The position numbers and the translations under genes were made by a program. 64,000 nt of DNA. It comes from Tubulanus polymorphus (taxonomy: Eukaryota > Animalia > Nemertea). Where the stretch lies: positions 38,556 to 102,555 of the forward strand of contig NW_027437454.1 in NCBI RefSeq assembly GCF_964204645.1. The letters are read 5' to 3'. Each line of letters begins with the position of its first letter. Position 1 is the first letter of the stretch. The notes under the pieces are model-generated. The model was not told the origin of the DNA. It ran no database searches and worked only from the letters and a program-made list of their open reading frames with translations. Positions 52,802 through 64,000 of this stretch are shown one piece after another.

Positions 52802-54452
52802 GGTGATCTGTGACATTTGTGTCGTGTACGACATTATTAATTGATATTTCACATGACGTTTAAACGCGTCATACGGCCTTCGTACATGATGTTAATTGTT
52901 AATTACGGCGGCGTCTGTTAATTGTATAATTAAATTGTGTTTCTGTGTTTGCGACGTTCCCCGGGCGCCTTCAATGCGGGTCGCGGGGAAGATCGTGATA
53001 TTAGAACGCGCAGAGCCAACTGAGATATCCACGCGTTCCCCGGGACCCTCGCTTCGGTCCGGTGAAGATCTTCCGCGGGAACCCAACATACATTCCATCG
53101 ATACATTAACGTTCTGAAGTGACGGCCATAGTGAGGGAAGGAATTCCCTCAGTCCCGGAGGTGTTTGTATCCATGGTACTGCCACCACAGGTGTTTGGCG
53201 ATGGGCTTGGATTTTATTTCCGGGTTGTTGATAATCTCACGACTTGAAGGCGTTTCATCCCTTGTGATTTTATATAGTAAAGCGTCACGACCGTCCGATA
53301 ATGATTCTTAACGACCAATTGTTTATCAGAACTTTATAGCGGATAAATAAACAATATAAACATAAGGTATTTCCGTGATATTTTGAATTTATTCGCAGTT
53401 CATATTTAGCGCCATTCTCGCGAGATTATCAACAACCTGGAAATAAAATCCAAGCCCATCGCCAAACCCCTGTGACTGCCACTGCTCTACGATTCCGGTG
53501 TGCCCAACTATGTGGTACACTCGCTGCTGGCAGGAAGGCTCTTGGTGAAGGAAGGAAGAGATGTCGAAGGGATCCAAATGCAGTCCCGTGGACGTGGTTG
53601 TATGCACAGTGCTCTACGACACTACCAACTCTCCGTGATACGCAGATAGTAAGGCTCCTAGTAAAGCGATTGATATAGAGAGGGTATGAGGAAAGAAATT
53701 CCCCATTCCTGGAAGTGATTGTATCCACTGTGGATACTCTTCGCGATCCTAGGACCCAATTGGCGTATAAACTAAAGGCTCTTTAACGAGAAGGAAATAG
53801 CGAGATGTACAGAGAGGATGGAAGGGAATAGATTCCGCTAGTTGTGGAGGTAGTTGTCGGTCTTTACCACCCTGGTCGGTGTTCGATCCAACTGCGGTAA
53901 CAGTTAAATCAGTAAGTAAAAAGGTTTTTTTTATTTCTTCGTGTTGTCCTCTTACAACACGGACCCAAAGTCGTTGCATCAATGGTTAAAATTGACGGAC
54001 TCACGGACTTATCGGGCTGATTTCTATTCTTATTGTGCAGGGATCGACTTTACAACTCGTACTCGGAGAGAGTTTCATGAATGGTTACTATATTCTGCTC
54101 TCAGAAAACCGTGAACACGGCTATTCGGAATAGGGACGATAATAAGACAGCGCCTTGTAAACGAGTGAGCTCGAGTTGTGCCGCGATTCCACTCACGTAT
54201 TACGGCGTCTTGAATCACTGTTGTCAACGGACATTGTGTCCTGTCCTGTCAGCTACAGGGAAACGACCATAACAACGCCGCTGACTGCGAGACTCGGAGC
54301 CATCCATCATTCGACACAAACTATCATTTATCTTCGTTTTATCAATGGCCGCGTGCGCGCGCAGATTAAACCGCCGTAAAGAAAAAATACTAGATTCGCG
54401 ACGCAGACGATGTCTGATTTTTATTCATAAAACTTACGCAATATGAAAGGGA

Positions 54453-54538
<86 letters not shown>
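54453..54538. repeat. (GGCT)n microsatellite
   Basis: About 21 units. Confidence 0.95.
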
Positions 54539-54539
<1 letters not shown>

Positions 54540-55062
54540 ATCGATGAGAGGCCAGTGAAAGACTGGGTGTCAGCTAGCACCAGGATTAACGAGGGACCCG
54601 ATGACCCTTGATATTACCGTTAATAAACTGTAAATTGATCCAGTTCGCGCTGTAAGGTCGCGCCCATTTTACGTCGTGTTTACGCAAAAAACCCGTCCTC
54701 ACTCACTCGTTTAGTGAACCCTGTGATGTTTAATTCCCTTCATGAGGGCAAACACTTTCTAGAAAACACGATGACATTCTATATTTAATTTTTACCGACT
54801 CGATGTCGACTCGGTGAAAAAAAGAAGAACGCAGATCGTTATTGCATTGAAAAAATATCGAGGAACGATTTTTGTTTGTTATCGCTGCAAAAAAGGAAAT
54901 AAAAACTGATTAATTTTTCCTCATCGATTTCCGTTCGTTTAGAATTCCGAGCGTTTGGAATCGTGTTGATGGTATTTAAAAGGGTAAAACAGATGACTGC
55001 AGATTCAAATGAAACCCACACAACTGTGGAACTGGGTCCAGAGAGGAATTAAACCCAAACAA

Positions 55063-55445
55063 CTGCTGGTTCCTGCTAGTTACTGCTGGTTCCTGCTAGT
55101 TACTGCTGGTTCCCGCTAGTTACTGCTGGTTCCCGCTAGTTACTGCTGTTTCCCGCTAGTTACTGCTGGTTCCCGCTAGTTACTGCTGGTTCCCGCTAGT
55201 TACTGCTGGTTCCCGCTAGTTACTGCTGGTTCATGCTAGTTACTGCTGGTTCCCGCTAGTTACTGCTGGTTCCCGCTAGTTACTGCTGGTTCCCGCTAGT
55301 TACTGCTAGTTCCTGCTGGTTCCTGCTAGTTCCTGCTGATTCCTGCTAGTTACTGCTGGTTCCCGCTAGTTACTGCTGATTCCTGCTAGTTCCTGCTGGT
55401 TCCTGCTAGTTCCTGCTGGTTCCTGCTAGTTCCTGCTGATTCCTG
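55063..55445. repeat. 20-bp (2x10) minisatellite TTACTGCTGGTTCCCGCTAG
   Basis: About 19 units. Confidence 0.93.
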
Positions 55446-56758
55446 CCTGCTCACTCTCACTCGCTCTCTTTCGAAACGGAAAGGGAAAAAAACAATATCT
55501 TCTAATCACGAACAGTGTATGGATTATTCGCATCGAGGATATTTGAGCCGCCGGGAGACAGTATTTCGGGGAGGTCTCGTTTATCGGTGGGGGGATACCC
55601 GCAGGCGAATGTGCACAGATCGACCCAAGCGATAGGGAAATAGAAATGGGGTTGGAGAGAGGGAGAGAGGGAAATAGAGAGAGTGTGACAGAAGAAGGGA
55701 GAGGGAGGGAGATGGTTTGCTTGATGAGACAGAGAGAAGTGAGAGGGGAGAGAAGGAGGGAGGGGAGGGATAGATAGAGAGGGGAGAGATGAAAGGTCAA
55801 CACAATTCCAATCGTTCGGTAAAGTAGTTATTGATTCGCTTTCTTGCCGAGTGTCAAGAGCGAAGAGAAAGATTGCATGGAATGCAGCTTCTATTTCGCG
55901 TTTATTTGTAAATATCCGTCAGCGGAGACCATGAAAAAAAAATATATCGAATTCTTGCCCTTTTCGAACCGAAACCTAGAATCCAACTGGATGTTGATTC
56001 GAAAATCTAGAAATTTCAATTTTCCACCGAGAATGTAAATTTTATTTTGATGAATTATCACCGAGGAATCTAATTAAACTAACTCGGTCATCTCTAATGT
56101 TTTGGGCATGTACAGGGACGATTGTCTTGAACCTTTTAACTGCCCATTGCCTCCGTGTCCTTTGCTGTCCAAATCTCCTTAAATTGTCTATCTGCACCAA
56201 TTGTCCCTCGCTGCCTAAATCACCGTGTCCCTTGCTGTCCAAATCTCCTTAAACTGTCTATCTTTTACCGTCCAAATTTGTATTCTTAATTTCCCTCGCT
56301 GCCGAAACTCCCTAACTGTCCCTTGCTGCCCAAAACTCCCTAACTGTCTCTTGCTGCCCAAAACTCCCTTACTGTCCCTTGCTGCCAAAAAGTCTTTAAC
56401 TGTCCCTCGCTGACCAAATACCTCCTTTCAAGTCGAATATATTCTGTGAGTAATATTTGCTGAGAGTAGCGCGACGATCAGTGGGAATTGTTGATTGCTA
56501 ATATTGACATAAGCGTCGCGCGTGTTGTCGGTTTAGGTCGATCAGTTCGAATACTCATTCCTCGCGGCCATATTATTGTCATCAACGTTTCCTGCTTACC
56601 TTATCCGAACTCTTATCTCTTATCTCTTATCTCTAGCTCTCGCTCTGTTTTTCCTATCTCTATTTCGTTCTTTTTTTCCGCTATTGATAAGCGTCACGAG
56701 TGAATGGAAGCCTGTTTTTAACTTATCAACGTTATTTTGAATAACAGCAGCGGCAGCG

Positions 56759-56789
<31 letters not shown>

Positions 56790-57057
56790 CAGCGGCAGCA
56801 ACTTTACTTCGTGCAGACGATTTCTGGCAATGATTTGAATGTTTTTTCTAGTGTCTCGTCATCAACTGAACTTTGTGACGTGGTAAAACTACGCAATGAA
56901 TCGCGACAGACGGGTAGAATATAAGTCCCACAATCAGAGGATCAAAAAAGTTTGTTAATAATCAAAACCATCAAAATTAATTAAAAACCCAAATTTTCAG
57001 TTTTATAGTACTCGGTTTTATACTCGTGAAAATGGTTTTTAGTGCGCTAAAAAATAT

Positions 57058-57129
57058 CTCCCCGGCCGGGAATCGAACCCGGGTCTCGTACGTGACAGGC
57101 GCGGATACTCACCACTATACTACCGAGGA
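57058..57129 (-). tRNA. tRNA-Asp(GTC), variant with anticodon-stem mismatch
   Basis: Reverse complement TCCTCGGTAGTATAGTGGTGAGTATCCGCGCCTGTCACGTACGAGACCCGGGTTCGATTCCCGGCCGGGGAG; GTC anticodon; T6 terminator at 57049-57054. Confidence 0.9.
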
Positions 57130-57500
57130 TCGATGTCCGACGAGTTTGGCTTTTCGTTGATGACCAACATGTCACGATCGCTATTCTTATAGTGGGAGTT
57201 ATAATAGAGAACCCGCTGCACTTCAAGAAATAACGGGCGCTGGTTTGACGAGCTGTGCTGCACCGATATTTTCACTTTCGAAAATATTTCGATGGAAATT
57301 CATTTCTTATAACGAAATCGTTTTTTTATTTTCTTTGTCGAGAGATATATTTATGGCCCTTATCTAGAGCACTCTACCCGTGAGGGTTGTATGATTGATA
57401 GTCGCGGCGCTCGGGTCGTACGTCTCCACACTGACCCGCGGTGTTTTATTCACCGAATCTACGCCCATAAAACCGAGAGCCCGAATTAACGGTCATTTTA

Positions 57501-57545
57501 TGACGTCAGTTCCGTACGCGCATGCGCGAGACACAGCTATTTAAA
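57501..57545 (+). promoter_or_regulatory. Candidate Pol II promoter motif cluster (CRE, NRF1, TATA-like)
   Basis: TGACGTCA at 57501-57508, GCGCATGCGC at 57518-57527 and TATTTAAA at 57538-57545. Confidence 0.35.
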
Positions 57546-58666
57546 GGTCAATGCCATCTGTTTTACCGTACTACAATTACATTAATGTCATGATGTCACT
57601 TTTCACGCTTAAATCATCTTATCTTCGCTAATCCATTCATTCGTGCATTCAATCTACACTCTGTGTCTATTCATATTTCTATCCGGACTCCAGACATAGG
57701 GTCACTGCGTACACATCTGCCTCTGACTCTAGTCTCTCTCTCTCATTCCCTCTATCTCTCATTTCCCTCTCTCCCTCTCTCCCTCTCTCCCTCTCTCCCT
57801 CTCCCTCTCTCTCTCTCTCTCCCTCTCTCCCTCCCCTCTCCCTCTCCCTTCCTCTCTCTCTCCACCCTCCCCTCTCTCTCCCTCTCTCTTTCCCTGTCTC
57901 TCCCTCCCCTCTCCCTCTCTCTATCCCTTTCCCTCCCTTCTCCCTCTCTCATTTCCCTCTCTCCCTCTCTCTCCATCACTCTCTCCCTCCCCTCTCCCTT
58001 TCTCTTTCCCTCTCCCTCTCTCATTTCCCTCTCTCTCTCCCTCTCTAAAACAAATATCACAGAAGTACCGCGTTATCTCGCGATATAATCGGTGAGTAGT
58101 TATTTCATCAGTTTTTATCGAGGTCAATTAACACATTGTCGACAGTTAATCCGACTTATCCGACAGATAAGTTGACAAGTTAATATTGTTTGATTTATTA
58201 TCTTAATGTTAACGAGGACGCGCGCGTAGGACGACGCAACGAGAGTTCAAGGTCACGCAGTGCAAAAATACCGAACGCCATTTCGTTTGATTTCGTTGGT
58301 GCGGTTGAGAGAGAGAGAGAGAGGGGGAGAGAGTGGAGAGGAAGATGGGGAGAGGGAGATGTAGGGAGAAGGGAGAGTGTTGGGAGATGGAGACGGAGGG
58401 AGAGAGAGACTGAGAGAGATGGGACTGTCTTCCACGCGGCTGAGTCGCGCACACACGTCACACGCTATTATTCGTACAGTGTTCACCACGCCTGATCGCG
58501 TCTGAACGGTGTAACTAGTGAATTGATAATCCACGATGTGAGGAGATCTGTTCTCCTCAGCGCATCACATATCTGTATACAGACAGTGTCAGTGAGACAA
58601 ATAGACTTTACAACATTGAACACAACTTATCAGAGAAAACGTATATTATACCTACTGTTCCGCTGA

Positions 58667-59105
58667 GTTCCATTGGACTTTGATCAGTTCCAGCGAGTTG
58701 GAACCAGTTCCACTGGACTTTGATCAGTTCCAGCGAGTTGGAACCAGTTCCACTGGACTTTGATCAGTTCCAGCGAGTTGGAACCAGTTCCACTGGACTT
58801 TGATCAGTTCCAGCGAGTTGGAACCAGTTCCACTGGACTTTGATCAGTTCCAGCGAGTTGGAACCAGTTCCACGGGACTTTGATCACTTTCAGCGAGTTG
58901 GAACCAGTTCCACTGGACTTTGATCAGTTCCAGCGAGTTGGAACCAGTTCCACTGGACTTTGATCACTTCCAACGAGTTGGAACCAGTTCCACGGGACTT
59001 TGATCACTTTCAGCGAGTTGGAACCAGTTCCACGGGACTTTGATCACTTCCAACGAGTTGGAACCAGTTCCACGGGACTTTGATCACTTTCACCGAGTTG
59101 GAACT
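58667..59105. repeat. 40-bp minisatellite (CCAGTTCCACTGGACTTTGATCAGTTCCAGCGAGTTGGAA)
   Basis: About 11 units. Confidence 0.93.
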
Positions 59106-59727
59106 ACAGAACTTTGGTCAACTCCACTTATAGCTAGACGTTTTTACGTTGAGACAAATACCAGGAGTTTAGACCCGGTTTAAAGCTTGTCACACGGTGG
59201 GCTCGAGCCAGCTACACGGTGTCAGGACCACAGTTCTGGCACAGTTGCTGATACAAGTTCTAAACAAGCTTAACTCATAAACTAATTCAATTTCTTCATT
59301 GAATCAGTTTATTCTAAAATAGATTCAGCGTCACAAAAAGGATTAGAAAAAAAGGAGAAATCAATCTTAGATAAGTAAATTGATCCGATAAAGAAATTAA
59401 ACGTATTTAGACTTTGATTTAATGTGTTTTGTGGCTCAGGGCCTTTTTATACGTAGCCTGTCATAGGTTGGATTCAAAAAGTTGCAGTCAGCCCCCAAGA
59501 AATTGAAGCCAGTCCTAAGTAATTGCAGCTGGCAACAAATCATTGGAAGCAGTCTCACGTTTTAATCACTTTAGCTTGTGTCTTTGTTTATTAATTACTT
59601 TAATCTACATTGCCCCTAGTTTGCCTTGCTTACTTTAGCATTGTTTTCTAGTTGTTATGTCATTACTTTAATCTATTCCCCTTTCAATATTTTAATCACT
59701 CACTCTGCTTCTATTGTTTTGGTCTTG

Positions 59728-59761
59728 TATAAATATCTTGTAATATTCTCCTGTACTCAGT
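59728..59761 (+). promoter_or_regulatory. TATA box plus Initiator directly upstream of the hammerhead
   Basis: TATAAATA at 59728-59735 lies 31 nt upstream of the A of TCAGT (59757-59761), the canonical TATA-Inr spacing. Confidence 0.55.
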
Positions 59762-59762
59762 A

Positions 59763-59802
59763 CGCCTGATGATGGCTAATAGTCTTTAGCCGAAACGTTG
59801 CG
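59763..59802 (+). ncRNA. Minimal type-I hammerhead ribozyme, second subfamily
   Basis: CGC-CUGAUGA-U-GGCUAA(UAGUCU)UUAGCC-GAAA-CG-UU-GCG. Stems I and II covary with the 69-nt family while the core is kept. Confidence 0.85.
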
Positions 59803-60749
59803 CAAATATATATAACTCTTCTATTCAAGTTTCTCGTTTTGGCTGAACTTATTGTGGGATTTCTCTTGTTATCTCGGCCAGACCCAGAGTTTTAGTAAGT
59901 CTAGGAGCCAACCCGGATTAACTGTAGCCGGAACCAAAATATATAAACAGTATCCAGCCCTGGATAATTATAGCAAGCCCCAAAACATTAGAGCATGCAA
60001 TCAAAGTATCGGAGCCATCCCACGTATTTGTATCCAGGGTATACGAGCTAGGATCTCTCTTACCTGACCAGAAAACTGTCTAGAACCTGATGCGGTCCAG
60101 GGTTGATACGGCACAATTCACAATTTTCTACGTCACTGACCGTGAAGGAGTGAAGCTAATCTCATCAACAAACGTAAGATATACATAAGCGTACAATGTG
60201 GAAATACTAGTGGAAATACCTAGTTTGCCGCCACCGCCGTCATCCGAGCGCATTCTTACAAATCTAATTATACAAATATCAAAGGAAAACGATCGCGTTT
60301 GATCTGCTTATAGCTTTTAGGATAGTTAATTTGAACGCTCGCTCGCTCGCTTGCCGCAGCCGATACGAGTCCGCTGCTGCGGCTATGAAAACTCCGCGGA
60401 CACGCGATGAAAAAAAAACAATTTAAAAAAAAAACATTTTCCGAGATGAATCGGGCCGGGATTTCTCTCGACTAACAAAACGGTAAAAGATGCTTCGCTT
60501 TGAAATATTTTGAGAAATAATTGGTGTTTTTTCTTTCCATTTTCAAGGCAAGGGTTTAAAAATAACGGTTGATATGCTAATCGTCAGTTGACGACCAATC
60601 AGAGATTTGGATGAATTCGTGGTTGTTATTCTCGAACATTCTTTAGAATTCGAGAAGCGATTTGACATTTGAACAAAATTCTTCGTCTTCGAATACCTGA
60701 ACATCGTAGGGCAAGGGATTTTTTTGTTAGGGAATATTGTTTGTTAGGA

Positions 60750-61010
60750 GGTAATTTAGAAGGGAGGTCGTTTAGAAGGGAGGTCGTTTAGAAGGGAGGT
60801 CGTTTTAAAGGAGGCTGTTTTGAAGGGAAGTTGTTTACAAGGGATGTTGTTTGCAAGGGGGGTTTTTTAGAAGGGAGGTTATTCATAAGTGAGGTCGTTT
60901 CGATGGGAGGTAGTTTAGAAGGGAGGTAGTTTAGAAGGGAGGTAGTTTTGATGGGAGGTAGTTTAGAAGAGAGGTCGTTTTGATGGGAGGTCGTTTTGCG
61001 GGAGGTTATT
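60750..61010. repeat. ~17-bp tandem repeat (TTTAGAAGGGAGGTCG)
   Basis: Degenerate direct repeats. Confidence 0.8.
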
Positions 61011-61509
61011 TGCAATATGACGGACATTATAGACTATGATATATCCAGGTTCTGCCGTACACATAGTGCCACAGACAGCACACGACTTGAAGCAGATCGG
61101 CGACACTTCTGAAAGCTAAATCCTTGTGATCACTTGGCGCAAACCTCATAATTCATCCGTTAAAACTGACAACACACGGCGCGAATACATTCGATTCGTT
61201 TCAAATCTCCGCTGCTGCACGTCGGTGCCGTGTGACTGGTTTCCGCTAGATACTTCAAACCTATCATTATCATTTTACTAGATTATAGCGACGCTCTTCA
61301 CGCGTCGAGTCGTTTCGAGGCGTTGTGTATTTTATAGCCACCACGCGATAAAAACAGAATCCCCCTAAACCGACGACATAACGAGTAAGATGAGGTCCGA
61401 CGAATGTGCTCAAAGCTAGTATTCATTGATTCGACTTTTCGGCTATTATAGCGTTATAGTCCTCTCCTGGAAACAACGAATCAATAAATTATACAGCTCT
61501 ATTTAAGGA

Positions 61510-61562
61510 AACTTATCGGACTTCATCTTTCTTGTTACATTAGAATATGTGGGATTCTCTAT
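61510..61562 (+). mobile_element. 5'-truncated tail of the HHR/pLTR family
   Basis: TCGGACT...ATGTGGGATTCTCT resembles the 3' end of the tRNA insertion; no HHR is present. Confidence 0.35.
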
Positions 61563-63204
61563 ATATTGTCACAACGCGGACATAGTGTTTCATCAATGGT
61601 TTTGCTGCGCCTAGAAATGTTTAAGAAGTTCTTGGCCCTATTTCGCAGTTCTAGCAACCATCGTTGAGAAGTTTTTCCCACCTAAATATTCAGCAGCCGG
61701 TTTTAAAGACTAATATCAACTTTAACCCGGGGGCGTACGCAATTCATTATTAACTGAGTTAACTCCTTAGGTTATATATAGATAAAACCACTCTTTAAAA
61801 CTTGCCCAGAAACTTTCACCGTGACTGTATTTGACTCTGAGCCAAGTTTCAGATATGAGTTTGAGTTAACTCTGAATTAGAATTAGTCAATTTTCAATGA
61901 GCTCACTCGGGAACCTGTTGGAGTCTAGACGTAACTCTGAGTGTGAAATAGTTAATTTAAGTTCGTTGGTTCGTTAATTCCGATTCAGAATTTGTTGTTC
62001 AAAGATTTAGAAAAACTCACAAAGATACGGCCTGGTTCAAACAGTATTGTTGTGGAAGAACCTATGATGCCTTCTCTGGCAACCGAGGGCCATCAAATAT
62101 CTACCATCATGATACTTTGCCGTCAGATGGCGCCACTGTCAGTCGGTCAAATTCGAAATTACTGGACGCCGGTCATTTTGTCGATTAATGGCCTTAAGAC
62201 ACTAGCGTTTAATCAAGGCCGGTTAAAGACCGCCGCGGTTTGTTCGCTTAATGGGTTCGTTTAACGTCTCTGTATAATTAACGAGTAATTGAGAACCCAA
62301 TCATCTTCTCACTGGTGCACACTGTCTCTTTTCTGTTGATTATTTCGACTGCGCGGTCTTTCTCTCTCCCCTCGCGCGCACGACGCCGTTTATGAATGCA
62401 GAAATCAATCAGCGACAATCATCGCTTCAAAAAGTGATCGTTCACGAGAATATCCTGAAAGCGCTATTCTCCTGCTCGGATCGTCGTTTCGGCGTTGAAC
62501 GACACGCTAGTTATCATCTTACATTTTCCGGCGCCGGAGTTGTATTGTCGGCTGCCTAGTGTTGTTGATTGCTGTGACGCGCGCGCGGCTCCTCATCATC
62601 GCGGGAATTCTCGGAGTCGTAAATTATAGCTACCGAAACACGACAGCGGCGTGGGGGGATATTCACGCGATCAGACGATGGTCGATGATTTTGAGAGGAG
62701 ATGGAGTGAGAGTAGGGAGGTTGGGAAGATTGGAGAGACAGGATAGAGATAGAGGGGAAACCGAGAGGGAGAGGTAAAGAGAGACAGAGAGAGAGAGACA
62801 GAGACTGAGAGCAGTTAAGCAATCCAGTCCGTTGCTCTCGTTCTCGACGGTTCAAGATCGAAATTAAGTTTCAAGAGGCGCGAACAGAAAATTACCATTC
62901 GAAATATTCGCAATCTAAACGAATTCGTCGCCGTGTTTTATTTAGTGCTACAAGAAACAGTCGATGAACTCCAGTCGGTGCTATATACACTATCAATCCC
63001 GAGACCGCCGCAGCTGCAGCTGCGTTTTATACACAGCTCAGGAGAAAAACAACTGAACAGAACTACTAAAGATTGTTCCGAAACGTTTTCTATTCTCTGG
63101 GCGATACCGTCTTAGTCGTTGAGCGTTTCCTGGAAAGAATGGTCGTTGTTTCTGTTAGTTACATCGCTGTCTCTGAAGCACCTCACATCGACGAGAGTGA
63201 GAGA

Positions 63205-63408
63205 GGAAGAGGGAGAGAGGGAGAGGAGGGAGAGGGAGGGAGAGGGAGAGGGAGAGGGAGAGGGAGAGGGAGAGGGAGAGGGAGAGGGAGAGGGAGAGGG
63301 AGAGGGAGAGGGAGAGGGAGAGGGAGAGGGAGAGGGAGAGGGAGAGGGAGAGGGGAGGAGGGAGAGGGAGAGGGAGAGGGAGAGGGAGAGGGAGAGGGAG
63401 AGGAGAGA
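63205..63408. repeat. (GAGAGG)n microsatellite
   Basis: Direct hexamer repeat. Similar GA/CT-rich tracts at about 5600-6090, 11370-11640, 20115-20535, 33340-33650, 39695-39940 and 57730-58045. Confidence 0.93.
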
Positions 63409-64000
63409 GCAGCTTGTGGGGAGAGAGGGGCAAGGAAGGTGTCGAGATGTCGCAAATTGTTTCCCAGCAAGTATCTTTCACCGTCTCTAGATACAGTTCC
63501 ACGCGTGGATTTATTTTGACCGGGTCCAGTTCCATGTGTGGGCTTAATGGTAACCCGCAGCACCAGCTATCCCACCAGATGGCGTGACGAGCAGTCGTCC
63601 GTTGTCAAAATAAGTTCATTATTTCAACTGCAATTTTAGACTCCCGGATCCATTATCACAGCACCGACCAAATATACAATACTTGCATTCCTCTACCCAG
63701 ATATCGGTTTAGTTTTCTTAAATAATATTGATTAATCTAAGAGTGAAGTTCATTCAGATTGAATTGAAATGTGGTGAAATCGACTAGCGACACCTGGCGG
63801 ATCCTCGCCTGCCATGCGTGGAATCCTCGATTGCCACAGTAGAGATGCGGGTAGCTCCATTTGACCGCGGATCCAGTTTCACATCGTTGAATGGCGATGT
63901 CCTAGTCAGACGCTATGGCCGCTTTTTATATGAAACAACCATAATTTATCAGATAACAACATAGCGTTCACTAGAGATGGACGTTCAATATGATACAAAC

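Larger units (their letters stand above)
59560..59875 (+). mobile_element. Penelope-like element pLTR/3' remnant
   Basis: T-rich tract, TATAAATA, TCAGT, minimal HHR and an ATTGTGGGATTTCTC tail. No RT or GIY-YIG ORF is visible; boundaries are approximate. Confidence 0.6.

Noticed and set aside
60060-60130. Minus-strand ELCRINPGP as a 2A ribosome-skipping peptide
   Set aside because: It lacks the D(V/I)E residues of the D(V/I)ExNPGP consensus and has no associated long ORF.

Overview
Eukaryotic (invertebrate-like, CpG not depleted), gene-poor and repeat-rich 64 kb window. The left end holds two tandem, spliced minus-strand genes for small secreted single-WSC-domain proteins. There are four minus-strand tRNA loci: two perfect tRNA-Lys(CTT), one tRNA-Lys(CTT) interrupted by an insertion, and one tRNA-Asp(GTC) variant. 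The most notable signal is a set of minimal type-I hammerhead ribozymes (HHR) of the kind associated with Penelope-like elements, seen in three forms: two 69-nt tandem HHR arrays, a TATA/Inr-preceded HHR in a pLTR-like remnant, and a 106-nt HHR element inserted antisense into the anticodon arm of a tRNA-Lys gene with a 15-bp target-site duplication. The rest is mostly CWG-flanked MITEs (including a 4-element chain), minisatellites that appear to derive from those MITEs, other satellites, microsatellites, a dispersed CTCF-motif-bearing repeat and unidentified decayed coding-like DNA. Nearly all long ORFs in the track are repeat artefacts. Repeat boundaries are approximate; gene, tRNA and HHR coordinates were counted by hand.
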